A stretch of DNA of 64,000 bases. Origin: a virus (Duplodnaviria; Caudoviricetes). The notes under the pieces are model-generated. The model did no database searches, had not been told where the DNA came from, and was given only the letters and a program-made list of their open reading frames with translations. The stretch covers positions 11,879 to 75,878 of IMG/VR virus record IMGVR_UViG_3300013901_000015. One strand, 5' to 3'. This document shows, one piece after another, positions 1 to 9,569 of this stretch (within the stretch, counting starts at the first letter, position 1; each line of letters starts with the position of its first letter). A program made the translations under genes and the position numbers.

Positions 1-99
1 GAGTAGTCCAACACTTAATACTATTTCCCCATCTTTCAGGTTTTTCTAGCATTATGCGTTCTGTACTATCTTTATCTACGCATACCCAACAAGTCATAC

Positions 100-489
100 T
101 CAACCATCGCTTTCTTCTTTAATACCGAAGACCGAACCATCATAGAAGGTGAATTCATCTAAGGCTTTATTATAAGCATGTATTTTTATGGTTGTACCAA
201 CATAAATATTTTCTATATCACAGCTTCCAATACAATATATTGCTTTGCTTACTTTTTGTTTTACCCACCCCACTGGCTGATGCTTCAACATTTCTTGCAT
301 ACACTCCTCTGCGTTGGCAAAAGGACGGTACTTTGGTGATGGCTTGATGCGATACTCATTACAATCAGTATGTACAATATAGTTAGCTTCTTTCCATTGT
401 TTCTCACCGAAAGAGCGTCTTTCTATCTCTTTCCCTTCGCTGAAAGCCTTAATAATAGGCAACAGCTGCTTTGCTTCATCACGATTCAT
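100..489 (-). CDS. hypothetical phage early protein
   Basis: 129-aa ORF co-oriented with the early operon; native-looking composition (MNRDEAKQLLPIIKAFSEGKEIE...YRIKP). Confidence 0.65.
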   Translation of the reverse strand: MNRDEAKQLLPIIKAFSEGKEIERRSFGEKQWKEANYIVHTDCNEYRIKPSPKYRPFANAEECMQEMLKHQPVGWVKQKVSKAIYCIGSCDIENIYVGTTIKIHAYNKALDEFTFYDGSVFGIKEESDG

Positions 490-517
490 TGCTTATTTCC
501 TTTCTTATTTAATAAAT

Positions 518-775
518 TTACATATGATAATTCTCTATTGCAAACGCAAGTGTCTCATGTAAATCACTTAACTCTTTATCAATATCAAAGTCGTCTAAGT
601 CATTTGCGAGCATTGTCTCTATTCTTTCAGCACATAGCTTAACGACCTTTCTTGATACAAATCTTGCGAAATCTATGCTATCTGTATCATCTATATCCTT
701 CTGAATAGATTCACTATTGATAGGATAAGTTAGACTCCAAACGTAATTAAATTGTTTCTTTTCTGATATAAACAT
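518..775 (-). CDS. hypothetical acidic protein
   Basis: 85-aa ORF in the tightly packed leftward operon. Confidence 0.5.
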   Translation of the reverse strand: MFISEKKQFNYVWSLTYPINSESIQKDIDDTDSIDFARFVSRKVVKLCAERIETMLANDLDDFDIDKELSDLHETLAFAIENYHM

Positions 776-917
776 TTTTTTTACTCTTCCTCCAACTCTT
801 TAAGTATTTTCTCACATTGTCTTTTAATGCCATCGGCAGTATTTACCTTGCCCATGTCTTCCAGTAGTTTACTTCCGCTAATCAAACCACGGATGTATAT
901 CTTTGCTCTTGCTATGC

Positions 918-1280
918 TCATTGCTTATCCTCCTTCTTTAATTCATTAATAAGGGTATCTGCAAACTTAACAGCCCATTTACAAGCGTCCCTCATACTCG
1001 GATTTGGGTCAATGCCCTCAACAACAGGAGAAGCAAGTTCTCCAACCAAAGCAGCTTTAGCTATCTCATATCTACGCTGCTCCCAATCAATATAATTATC
1101 GCACATCTTATTCCATTGTGCGTAATAATCTTTTAGATTGTCTTCCTCGCTTTTATTAGAGTCTAACAAGAAGTTATTGAACTCAGCAACTACTCGTTCC
1201 TTGATTCTATATGATTCTGCTTTTAATTCTCGTACAGCTTCTGTTATTGATGTACTAATTTCAAAATCGATTACTATCAT
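918..1280 (-). CDS. hypothetical phage protein
   Basis: 120-aa ORF; C-terminal IDWEQRRYEIAKAAL segment is of a type common in Bacteroidales phage early genes (recalled, not searched). Confidence 0.6.
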   Translation of the reverse strand: MIVIDFEISTSITEAVRELKAESYRIKERVVAEFNNFLLDSNKSEEDNLKDYYAQWNKMCDNYIDWEQRRYEIAKAALVGELASPVVEGIDPNPSMRDACKWAVKFADTLINELKKEDKQ

Positions 1281-1330
1281 ATTCTTTTCTATTTACCCTC
1301 TCCCTGCTGTCACCAAGGAGAGGCGGTTAG

Positions 1331-1569
1331 TTAATCTGTTACTCCGTATGCTTTAGGCAGCTTCTTGACAATATCGCCGCCATAAGCATTCTTGGTTAGC
1401 TCTACAAACTCTCTCACTGTAGTCTTATCATCAAGAGACAAACCATTGTTATTTACAAAGGATTCTCCACTCGTACAGTCTCACCTTCAACATTAGTTAC
1501 TGTACCAAAATACACACCAGCATCATAGCTTCTTACGATGCACTTCTTACCTAGAATATCTTTATACAT
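1331..1569 (-). pseudogene. out-of-frame fusion of two truncated genes (deletion scar)
   Basis: ATG at 1569 reads MYKDILGKKCIVRSYDAGVYFGTVTNVEGETVRVENPL* and stops at 1453. A second frame across the junction reads RESFVNNNGLSLDDKTTVREFVELTKNAYGGDIVKKLPKAYGVTD* (stop 1331-1333) with no start of its own. Confidence 0.55.
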
Positions 1570-1784
1570 AATACTTAAATTAATTTATATTCTCACTATT
1601 TAGCCCGAAGGCTGTTAAACATTAAACAAAACACTTTTTAGCTTTGCTCTTAATTTATCTTTTAGTTCCTTAGCTTCATTCCAAGGAATACTTTTCCAAG
1701 TAAAAGCGTTGTAATTTTCTTCATCCATACAACGCAATGCTATTAAAAGTAAATCTATCTCTTTGTCCTTCAATACAATTTGTT

Positions 1785-2171
1785 TCATTGGGTTACCTCC
1801 GTGTTATATTCTTTCTGAGCCTTTTGAACCTCGTAAACGAAACGATTGATGTTGATGCCGCAATCAACTACCTCCTGATTGTGCTTGACTGCATCGGCTA
1901 TCAGATGGGTGCAATCTTCGGTGAAACCACAGATGCGGTCGCCCTCTATCGTGAACAGGTATTGATGGGTGTTGTAATAGGCGCACTCGCAGAGGTTGAA
2001 GTGATTGCCTTCGAGGATTCTGCGAACGTAGGGGTTGTTGAGGCGAAGGATTATCAGCTTGCCTTTGCTAGTATAGTACTTGTGGTACTTGATGCGGTCG
2101 TAGATGATTACCGCTATTCCTAGGAGGAACATTGCGGATGCCACGATGATTTCGATATCTTGTCTATTCAT
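1785..2171 (-). CDS. hypothetical protein with N-terminal transmembrane helix
   Basis: IIVASAMFLLGIAVIIY hydrophobic stretch; overlaps the stop of the upstream gene. Confidence 0.55.
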   Translation of the reverse strand: MNRQDIEIIVASAMFLLGIAVIIYDRIKYHKYYTSKGKLIILRLNNPYVRRILEGNHFNLCECAYYNTHQYLFTIEGDRICGFTEDCTHLIADAVKHNQEVVDCGININRFVYEVQKAQKEYNTEVTQ

Positions 2172-2845
2172 AACTTTCTTTTGATTTTGTCGATTGTTCT
2201 CTTGATGATTCCGTTCTCGTCTCGCTCGGGATATAACTCTTCGTTGACATCGTGGAGCTTGACGGATTGGATGCGATGAGTGTCAGGATCAAGACCATGG
2301 CTCTCGCAATAAAGCTTCCATGCCTCCAAGCCATGGGGCTTATTGGCATCTTCGGCGGCTTGTTTGGCTTCTTCCTGTCTTTTCTTCTCTTCCTCAGCCC
2401 TGCCCCTCGCCTCCAACAGGTCTTTCTCGTAATCGACCAAGGACATCATAAGGTCTTGGGGATTGACGGACTTTCCGTTGTTGAAGAGCTTGCGGTATTG
2501 CCCATTCTCGAAGCAAACAAAGAAATAATCTAGCTCGCCTGGAGTTAGGTAGAAATACTTGGCGCAAATGCGCTGCGCTAGCATCTGTATCTGAAAGTCG
2601 GTTACGCCTCCTTCTGTATCGTAGGCACCGAGGTAGCGAAAGAGCACTACCAATCGTCCCATGACCCAAGCGGTGAGATTTTGGAAGCCTCCATCCTTAC
2701 GAATAGTGAGCATCGTCTTGTTGCCCTTGTTGATTGCTTCGGTGAAGGACATAGGACGAATGTAGCCCGGTCTGTCACTGTTGGAAGGCGCTATTGATGA
2801 GGTTTCTCGTGCGCTCTGCAAGGCGCTGTGCTCGTTGCTGTTCAT
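2168..2845 (-). CDS. putative replication-associated protein
   Basis: 225-aa ORF directly downstream of the initiator-like gene; function inferred from position only. Confidence 0.5.
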   Translation of the reverse strand: MNSNEHSALQSARETSSIAPSNSDRPGYIRPMSFTEAINKGNKTMLTIRKDGGFQNLTAWVMGRLVVLFRYLGAYDTEGGVTDFQIQMLAQRICAKYFYLTPGELDYFFVCFENGQYRKLFNNGKSVNPQDLMMSLVDYEKDLLEARGRAEEEKKRQEEAKQAAEDANKPHGLEAWKLYCESHGLDPDTHRIQSVKLHDVNEELYPERDENGIIKRTIDKIKRKL

Positions 2846-3251
2846 TGCTTGTCTTGTTTATGATTTCGTCATTCCAACACTCGCCGTTGAGGTAAGTGAG
2901 GGGGTCTTTTCTGTACACTGGGTCTGGAGTAGAGGCTACGTAAGCTGGAGTGGCTAGCAAGCAAGCTGTTTGTTGCTCTTCGGTAAGTCTGTCCCATTTC
3001 TGCTTGGCTTTCTTCTTGCCTCGTTTTTTTTGATACATTTCCCACCAATCTTCGAAGGAGTCGTTTTCTCCAATAAATACGGCATCTTGCACCTTTACAG
3101 CTAAGGATTTCGTCTCATTAAACAGTTCGGCTTCCTTGTAATAGCGACCTGTAAGAGCGTAACGTGCTCCTTGAATGAAGGCTTCTTGCATCGTTTCGTT
3201 GTCTGGTGCAAATTTCTTTGCCTCTGCGTTGATTTCTTTTAATGTCTTCAT
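2775..3251 (-). CDS. replication initiator/replisome-organiser-like protein
   Basis: FEDWWEMYQKKRGKKKAKQKW...YRKDPLTYLNGECWNDE resembles the C-terminal domain of phage replisome organisers. Confidence 0.55.
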   Translation of the reverse strand: MKTLKEINAEAKKFAPDNETMQEAFIQGARYALTGRYYKEAELFNETKSLAVKVQDAVFIGENDSFEDWWEMYQKKRGKKKAKQKWDRLTEEQQTACLLATPAYVASTPDPVYRKDPLTYLNGECWNDEIINKTSNEQQRAQRLAERTRNLINSAFQQ

Positions 3252-3275
3252 AAGATTCTACATTTTAATTGTTAA

Positions 3276-3707
3276 CTATACCCAACCAGCACCTGAACTT
3301 TCCAACTCTCGCTTGCAGTAGTCGATGCTAATTTTGTCCTCTGGTTCCGGTATGGGAACGCCGTTCATAGAAGCGTAGTCGAGGAAATTTCGGATAACGG
3401 ATGATGCCTCGGCGGTGGTGAGGGCTGAGATTGGCTTAAACTTATCGTTGCCTCGCTCGTCTTTCTCGCCTGTGAAGAATGGCACAGGGCAGATGTGAAG
3501 CTGAATGTTGCGCAAGGTGCTATAGAAGGTGTCGCCGTTCTTCATCGCCCAATAGGAAATCATGAAGTGGATGAAACGCTGCTGATTGTCGGTCTGAACT
3601 GGGTGGAACTTCTTAATCTCTAGCTTGTACTTGCCATTCTTGGCTTTCTCTACTTCCTTGACGATTGCTAGATAATCTCTAGGATCATTGGGATTATATA
3701 CGCTCAT
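3276..3707 (-). CDS. NinB/Orf-like recombination protein
   Basis: Likely start MSVYNPND at 3707 (the longer track ORF overlaps the MBL gene); QTDNQQRFIH...ISALTTAEASSVIRNFLDYA...GVPIPEP resembles NinB family. Confidence 0.5.
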   Translation of the reverse strand: MSVYNPNDPRDYLAIVKEVEKAKNGKYKLEIKKFHPVQTDNQQRFIHFMISYWAMKNGDTFYSTLRNIQLHICPVPFFTGEKDERGNDKFKPISALTTAEASSVIRNFLDYASMNGVPIPEPEDKISIDYCKRELESSGAGWV

Positions 3708-3715
3708 TGCTGTAT

Positions 3716-4432
3716 TTACATTAAATTGATTTCTAAATGTGGTCGGGCGTAATATGTAGGTACGCCCAAGACCTGTTGAAACTTGCTCACTGCCTTCTCT
3801 GGATTGAGGTGGCGAGAGGAACCATGGATGAGAACTATCTGCTTGGCGGACTTCTCGGCTTCGCATTGCTGCAAGAACTGGATGCCATGGGCTAGGCTCA
3901 TGTGGGAGAGACGGATGCGGTCGGCTTGGCTTGCGATGGTCTTGCCTTCGTTGACAGCCTTTTCTAGGAGTCCATCCTCGTAGTTGCATTCCATGAGATA
4001 GGTACGACAACCCTTGATAATCTGATGGAGATTGTAACAATCGGTAGCAAAGAAGATTCCACCAACCTTAGGGTGATAAATGAGATAGCCAAAGTTTAAC
4101 ACATCGTGTTCAACCGCAAAAGGTGTAATCCTGAAAGAGCCGAGGCTCTTGGTTTTCTCTTTATATATAGGCTTTGCACCTTTTACCTCATAGGCAACTT
4201 CCTTATTGGAATAAACATCTATCCCTGCCTTGATGTATTCTGGGATGTGCTTGGCATGATCAGAATGAACGTGACTCACTAAGCACCCTACCACCTTGCT
4301 TGTCTTGTACCCGATGGCTCGCTTTACCTCTTTGAAAGGTACACCTGCTTCGAGCAGCAGGATTTCTCCTGAATCTGCTCGAAGGGCATACGCATTGCCA
4401 GACGATGAAGAGCCAATAATTATTAGCTTCAT
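3716..4432 (-). CDS. metallo-beta-lactamase-fold hydrolase (putative nuclease partner of RecT)
   Basis: GSSSSGNAY, SHVHSDH (HxHxDH), HDV, TDC, MECNY and LIHGS motifs; adjacent to recT. Confidence 0.85.
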   Translation of the reverse strand: MKLIIIGSSSSGNAYALRADSGEILLLEAGVPFKEVKRAIGYKTSKVVGCLVSHVHSDHAKHIPEYIKAGIDVYSNKEVAYEVKGAKPIYKEKTKSLGSFRITPFAVEHDVLNFGYLIYHPKVGGIFFATDCYNLHQIIKGCRTYLMECNYEDGLLEKAVNEGKTIASQADRIRLSHMSLAHGIQFLQQCEAEKSAKQIVLIHGSSRHLNPEKAVSKFQQVLGVPTYYARPHLEINLM

Positions 4433-4438
4433 CTTTGC

Positions 4439-5374
4439 TTACTTGAAAGGGTTATCGGTTGGCTTTGCTTCTGCTACAGGAGCTTCTTGCATATCTCCAG
4501 AAGATGGCTGTTTGATTTCGCCTGTCTCAGCATCAACCGTTATCACTTCCTTTGCCTCGGCAAACTCTGCGTCTCGCTGCTGCAAGGCGGTAGGCTTCTC
4601 ATCGGCATTGATAATCTGCTCGGCATCAACGGAGAGTTCTCCCCACTTGGTGAGAAGCTGACGGAGCACGGTCTTCTCTGCCATGTCTTGGAATCCTGCG
4701 TACCAGCCCAAGCCTCCACCTTCGCCATTGACAGACTGCTTGATGGCTACCTCCTTCAAACCTTGCCATGTAATCTTGTTGTTGAACTTGACCGTTGGCG
4801 AGAAGGTCTTGGCGAACTTGCAAACATCGTCTAGGCTCATATACATTATCTTCTCGAAGCCCGATGTTTCCTTGAAGTAGGCGAAGTAGCCAACTGGTAC
4901 ATCTGATGTCTTGGTTCCGCTCACATCGAGTGCGCCCGTAATCTTGTCGAAGCCCTTGAATTCGCCTTCGTAGATGGTACCCTTGTTGATGTTGGTGTAT
5001 TTGTTGGTGCGAAGGGCGAGGTTAACGTAACCTCTTGTACCGATTACGAGGGTTGGGGTCGGAACGAGCTGGCCTGTTACCTTGTCTTTGTTCTTGAAGA
5101 CGATGATGTAAGCCTGTCCTAGCTGCTTATTGATAGGCAAGCGCAAACCTGCTGCCTTGACAGCCTCGCTCATGAGGGCGTTGGGGTCGCATAGCATAAA
5201 CTGAGGGTCGGAGGTGAAGAGTTCCATCAAGCTTGTGGTGAATGCTCCTTTGTTCTCCTTCATCGTATTCTCCAAGAGGGTCTGGTAATAGCTATTGTTC
5301 ATCACCGCTTGGAAGTTCTTTACTGCAAGAGCCTTCTGGGAAGGCTGCTTTACTGATACTGCTGTTTCTGCCAT
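4439..5374 (-). CDS. recT: RecT-family single-strand annealing protein
   Basis: AAGLRLPINKQLGQAYII, LVIGTRGYVNLALRT, GYFAYF and MAEKTVLRQLL motifs; acidic C-terminal tail. Confidence 0.88.
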   Translation of the reverse strand: MAETAVSVKQPSQKALAVKNFQAVMNNSYYQTLLENTMKENKGAFTTSLMELFTSDPQFMLCDPNALMSEAVKAAGLRLPINKQLGQAYIIVFKNKDKVTGQLVPTPTLVIGTRGYVNLALRTNKYTNINKGTIYEGEFKGFDKITGALDVSGTKTSDVPVGYFAYFKETSGFEKIMYMSLDDVCKFAKTFSPTVKFNNKITWQGLKEVAIKQSVNGEGGGLGWYAGFQDMAEKTVLRQLLTKWGELSVDAEQIINADEKPTALQQRDAEFAEAKEVITVDAETGEIKQPSSGDMQEAPVAEAKPTDNPFK

Positions 5375-5375
5375 A

Positions 5376-5585
5376 TTACTTACTTAAAAATTTTATTAAT
5401 TCTTCTTTTGTCTTGAAACATTCGCTTTCCTTCTTTGTCGGGAAGACAGCGAACTTGTATTGTATGCTAGATGGTGACTCGCCCATCTGTTGGAAGAATA
5501 CTCCCACGATGTTGGCACGGTGGATTTTATATCCATCCAAAAGATAGACGGCATCACCTATGTTATATTTGGTCTTAACCTCCAT
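5376..5585 (-). CDS. small hypothetical protein
   Basis: MEVKTKYNIGDAVYLL...CFKTKEELIK; abuts both neighbours. Confidence 0.6.
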   Translation of the reverse strand: MEVKTKYNIGDAVYLLDGYKIHRANIVGVFFQQMGESPSSIQYKFAVFPTKKESECFKTKEELIKFLSK

Positions 5586-5588
5586 AGC

Positions 5589-7592
5589 TTACTCCATAAC
5601 TGCCTTGGCAGGATATTCAACCTTTAGCTCTGGGTCGTTGGTGACATAGAAGCGAATCTGCTGACCGTCCTTGAAAATAGGATGGAGGTTGCTCTCGCAT
5701 TCATCGAGCACCATGGGAACGGAAACATCGTAGAACTTGGAGATTGTATTTGCGATGTCGATTCCTGCATTGACCTTGGCTGCACCATTGAGACGAGAGT
5801 AAGGAACGCCATCATGGTAGCACTCACAGAATGGCTTCTTCTCGCCGTTGAGGTCAGACTTGAAGAGAGAGAACTTGACAAACGAGAAGTGCTTGTTAAC
5901 CTTATCCTCTAGGATTTGGCAAGACTTCTGGCTGTAGTCGGACGCAATATCCAACTTCTCGTCTAGTTCATCTATCTGCTGCTGATAGATTTTCTTATTC
6001 TTCTGGCATTCCTCAATGAGGGCGGTAACGTGGTCGTACTGCTCTTTCTTGGCTAGGCGAGAACGGAGGGATTCCATTTCCTCTTGTAGTGACTGAGATT
6101 GCTGCGTTAGGTCGGCGAGCATCTTCTTCTGCTCCTCATCATCGGTTACAGGCTTGTTAAGCTCTTCCTCCAGTCGCTTGACCTCTTCGGTGGCTTGCTT
6201 GTAGTTGTCGTTCTCGGAGAGGATCATGGTGTAGCTCTTTGGTACCTCCTTCTCTACCTCTGCGTAGTGGGCTTCGGCTTCTTTGAGTGCCTTGTGGGCT
6301 TCGGTGAGTTGGTTTGTGGTAGTGGTCCGGTCTTCCTGCAACTGCTCCAAGAGGGACTGATGCTTATTGATGTCGCTCTTGATATTACCAGCCAAGGTTA
6401 CCAAATTCTTCAATCGTTTACCCTTGCGCTCATTGAAGCGGTCTTCGGAATCTCGTTTCATCTTCAAGACCTTCTCGGGTGGCAGAGGCTGACCGCAATG
6501 TGGGCAGAATGAATCTTCATCGTTCCACTCAAATTGCTCGGCTGAGGCTTCATCGTATAATTTCGCACCGTCCTTCTTCTGTCTCTCTAGGTCTTCCAAC
6601 TGCTGATTGATGTGAAGTTCGGTATCTTTGAATCCGTCCATCTTGGCTTTGAGTTCATCGACCATCGCCTGTGCCTTGGATTTAGCGGTTCGGGCGGTGA
6701 TGAGGTCGGAATTATGCTTTGTCTCTTGCTCGCCAGACTGAATGCGTGCGCCCTTCTCCATCTGGTCAATGCGGTTGCGCTGAAACTCCAGTTGCTTGCG
6801 GATGCCATCGTTGCGGACTTGGGCTGCGCCACCTGTCTTGATGTTGCTTATCTTGGTGTTAACCTCGTTATGCTTCATGGTCTTTTCGAGCAAGTCGGCA
6901 CCAAGCTCAGCCCAATCTTCTTTCTCGGGGAGCGTCTTGGCTAGTTCTTCCAATCTAATAGGGATGCTGTCCAGCTGTTTCTGCACCTCGGATTTGCTGT
7001 ACTTAAGATGATGGACGAGGGACTTGATGCTCTCCTTCTTAAGAGCCTTGACGATAAAGTCGTAACGCTCTTCGCCGTTGGTGATTTCATCAACTGTTGC
7101 GTCTCCTCCTGCAATATCCTCCAAGAGGGAACGCTGTATCTCCCACCCCTCTGAGGTGAAAGCGGTTGGTGACGAGCAATAGCGAAAGGGCTTCTCGGCA
7201 AAGATGCCATCAATCGCCTTCTTGTAATCTCCTGCGGTGGTCACTTCGCCATCAATGAAGTACTTGTAGGTATTGGTACACTTGCTTTCCTTCCATGAAT
7301 CAGTGAGCGTGCGCTTGAAGGTTACTTCCTCATCATCCACTGACAGGGTAAGGGAAACTTCATGAGGAATCTCCTTGATGATGTTGTGGTCTCGGTCGAA
7401 CGTTTTGATGTCGAACGAACTTCCGTTCTCGTCAGTGCCGAAGAGGGCGTAAGTGATTGCCCGAACGATAGTGCTCTTGCCTCGTCCGTTGCCAGCTGAG
7501 ATTGTGGTCAACCCCTCGCTAAACTCAATCTCTTTGTCACGTATTCCACAAAAATTGAGTAGCTTAATCTTCTTGAATCTGATTTTCTTCAT
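5589..7592 (-). CDS. SbcC/Rad50-like AAA ATPase with coiled coil and zinc hook
   Basis: Likely start MKKIRFKKIKLLNFCG at 7592; Walker A GNGRGKST, central CPHC, long coiled coils, C-terminal LNGAAK signature and VLDECES Walker B. Confidence 0.85.
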   Translation of the reverse strand: MKKIRFKKIKLLNFCGIRDKEIEFSEGLTTISAGNGRGKSTIVRAITYALFGTDENGSSFDIKTFDRDHNIIKEIPHEVSLTLSVDDEEVTFKRTLTDSWKESKCTNTYKYFIDGEVTTAGDYKKAIDGIFAEKPFRYCSSPTAFTSEGWEIQRSLLEDIAGGDATVDEITNGEERYDFIVKALKKESIKSLVHHLKYSKSEVQKQLDSIPIRLEELAKTLPEKEDWAELGADLLEKTMKHNEVNTKISNIKTGGAAQVRNDGIRKQLEFQRNRIDQMEKGARIQSGEQETKHNSDLITARTAKSKAQAMVDELKAKMDGFKDTELHINQQLEDLERQKKDGAKLYDEASAEQFEWNDEDSFCPHCGQPLPPEKVLKMKRDSEDRFNERKGKRLKNLVTLAGNIKSDINKHQSLLEQLQEDRTTTTNQLTEAHKALKEAEAHYAEVEKEVPKSYTMILSENDNYKQATEEVKRLEEELNKPVTDDEEQKKMLADLTQQSQSLQEEMESLRSRLAKKEQYDHVTALIEECQKNKKIYQQQIDELDEKLDIASDYSQKSCQILEDKVNKHFSFVKFSLFKSDLNGEKKPFCECYHDGVPYSRLNGAAKVNAGIDIANTISKFYDVSVPMVLDECESNLHPIFKDGQQIRFYVTNDPELKVEYPAKAVME

Positions 7593-7890
7593 TGTTATCT
7601 GTTTTTGGTTGTGATACTTTTTCTCCTTTTTCGCAATGCTCCTTATAGTACTGCATGAATGCATCGCCATCGGCTTTTATGAAATCGGGGTTATAACGAA
7701 TGGCTGATAGGATGAGATTCTTCATGTCTTCTTGTGAGGCATGAATGAAGGAATAGGCATCCTTCTCTTGCGTATCGCCCATGAGGATGATGCAGCGGAA
7801 ATGACTTGCTGCATCCTTCGACTTCTCTACCTTCTTAAGAATATTCTTGATTTGAAGGAGATAATTCTGCTTGATGTTCTTGTTACTCAT
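7564..7890 (-). CDS. hypothetical protein
   Basis: 108-aa ORF packed in the operon. Confidence 0.5.
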   Translation of the reverse strand: MSNKNIKQNYLLQIKNILKKVEKSKDAASHFRCIILMGDTQEKDAYSFIHASQEDMKNLILSAIRYNPDFIKADGDAFMQYYKEHCEKGEKVSQPKTDNNEENQIQED

Positions 7891-8083
7891 TTTGTATGTT
7901 TATTAATATGTCGTTGAGTGTCTTGCTATAGGTAATCTTTCCAGCCTTGAATAAACTGGAAAGAATTGACGAGACATCTTTCTGTATCTCTGTCTTTAAC
8001 TTGGAATAGAGCACACCATTTGGGATATGATGTTCATCGGGCATCAATGCTCTGATTTTGGCGATGATATACTGCTCGTCCAT
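7883..8083 (-). CDS. small winged-helix-like hypothetical protein
   Basis: 66 aa; LYSKLKTEIQKDVSSILSSLFKAGKITYSKTLN pattern. Confidence 0.5.
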   Translation of the reverse strand: MDEQYIIAKIRALMPDEHHIPNGVLYSKLKTEIQKDVSSILSSLFKAGKITYSKTLNDILINIQNE

Positions 8084-8316
8084 AGTTCCACAGCCTTTGG
8101 CAAATTGCCATCATTTTCTGAAAACGCATCACGAAGCATCTTAATCGAATCCTTGAAGCTAAAACCTTGTATAATACCACGTAAATCTCTCCGATTCTCG
8201 TTGTTGTAGGCGGTCTCTAACTTATCAAGGATGACAAGCAAGTTGTATTGTTCTTGCTTTGCTGCTTCAACAAGATTATTGTAATCCTCTACGGAAATTG
8301 TAATCATTGGTTCCAT
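8044..8316 (-). CDS. hypothetical protein
   Basis: 90-aa ORF starting 11 nt after the dUTPase stop. Confidence 0.5.
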   Translation of the reverse strand: MEPMITISVEDYNNLVEAAKQEQYNLLVILDKLETAYNNENRRDLRGIIQGFSFKDSIKMLRDAFSENDGNLPKAVELWTSSISSPKSEH

Positions 8317-8327
8317 AATAGTCTCCT

Positions 8328-8855
8328 TTATTTATCCGTTGAACCTAGACCGCTTCGAGTTCCGTTGACTAATCCTGTAATGAGATTCGTTTGTGGAACA
8401 TAAACTATGCGTCCCTGGCAGATGCGGCTATTGGCACCTATAACTATCTTGAAACCAAGAAGGCGAAGGATGCGATGCTTCAAGCGGAATCGTCCGAACT
8501 TGACGATTGCATTAACAGTTTCGCCGTATTGAGAATCTATCAATCCAACAATTACATCGGCATTGATGCGGATTCTTTCAGGAACCGTAGAGAACCATCT
8601 GAGCCACTTAGGATAGCAAGCGAATGCCAACATGCCCTTACCAGACTGACCGCTTCTTGGCTGAATGACCATGCAGAGATTGGTAGGGAGCGAAATCTTG
8701 AAACCCAAAGGGATATAGGCTCTTGTGTTGGGAACTGCCTCCACGTCACTGCTTGCGTAGAGGTCGTAGGCTGCATCCGTATCGTGTGCCTTGGTCGGCA
8801 TGTGGAATGGAACAGCCTCCACTGTGATGTTTGTACCGAAATTCTTCTTATTCAT
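8328..8855 (-). CDS. dut: trimeric dUTPase with two insertions
   Basis: Motifs AAYDL, PRSG, GLIDSQYG, RICQ and RSGLGST. Confidence 0.85.
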   Translation of the reverse strand: MNKKNFGTNITVEAVPFHMPTKAHDTDAAYDLYASSDVEAVPNTRAYIPLGFKISLPTNLCMVIQPRSGQSGKGMLAFACYPKWLRWFSTVPERIRINADVIVGLIDSQYGETVNAIVKFGRFRLKHRILRLLGFKIVIGANSRICQGRIVYVPQTNLITGLVNGTRSGLGSTDK

Positions 8856-8860
8856 GTCTG

Positions 8861-9397
8861 TTATAAACTTATTCTTTTTTCTTTAGCCAACCTTTCGACT
8901 TCCTTCTGATAATATGATATAAGTTGGTTGTACTCGAATATTGACCAGTTCCTATTTTCTGTTCTTGCTCGTAACTCCACAAGGTTTACTCGCTGCTCTC
9001 CTATCTGCTTGATAAGTCCTCGGCGATACATCTGTATATTTCCTTGATTGAAAATATTGCAAGCCACACATTGCGGTCGGCAATTATCCTCACAGAATCG
9101 GGTGGACATATAACGGCGAGACATGTAATGCCCATTTTGGATTTCCTTCCATGGGAGAATCTTGCCACAACTGATGCAACGACAATAGCCTTTGGCATCG
9201 GAATATTTCAAGCGAATATACTTGGAGAAAACAGCATCTAACTTGTCTCTAAGTTTTGGCTTGCTAAGTCCTGCCTTGGCTTTCTTCTTCTCCTGTGACT
9301 TTGCCTTGGCTTCCCAAGGTGCGGTCTTCTTGAAAGGAGTCCTCTTCAATGATGTTCGTCTATGTAATGTCATATTTCTCTTCTTTTTGGATTTCAC
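8861..9397 (-). CDS. ninG: NinG/Rap-family endonuclease
   Basis: FSKYIRL, CRCISCG, NGHYMSR, TRFCEDNCRPQCVACN and YRRGLI motifs. Confidence 0.85.
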   Translation of the reverse strand: MKSKKKRNMTLHRRTSLKRTPFKKTAPWEAKAKSQEKKKAKAGLSKPKLRDKLDAVFSKYIRLKYSDAKGYCRCISCGKILPWKEIQNGHYMSRRYMSTRFCEDNCRPQCVACNIFNQGNIQMYRRGLIKQIGEQRVNLVELRARTENRNWSIFEYNQLISYYQKEVERLAKEKRISL

Positions 9398-9569
9398 TAC
9401 TTCGGATTGCCTTCCTTATGCTGTTAATCTTAGAGTTGAGGATGGAAATCCGCCTATAACATAGCTCGAAGTGCTCTAGGGTACACCAAGGGTTTCTTTC
9501 GAGCTGCTTGTATATGTCGTACACCCTTTGCCTATATGTGGCGAGGGTGGTCTTTGTCAAGTCTATCAT
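9360..9569 (-). CDS. hypothetical protein, first gene of the early operon
   Basis: 69-aa ORF following an AT-rich leader. Confidence 0.45.
   Translation of the reverse strand: MIDLTKTTLATYRQRVYDIYKQLERNPWCTLEHFELCYRRISILNSKINSIRKAIRSSEIQKEEKYDIT

Noticed and set aside
3708-4040. N-terminal extension of the 254-aa track ORF
   Set aside because: It overlaps the MBL gene in another frame and reads as shadow text; the native-looking part starts at 3707
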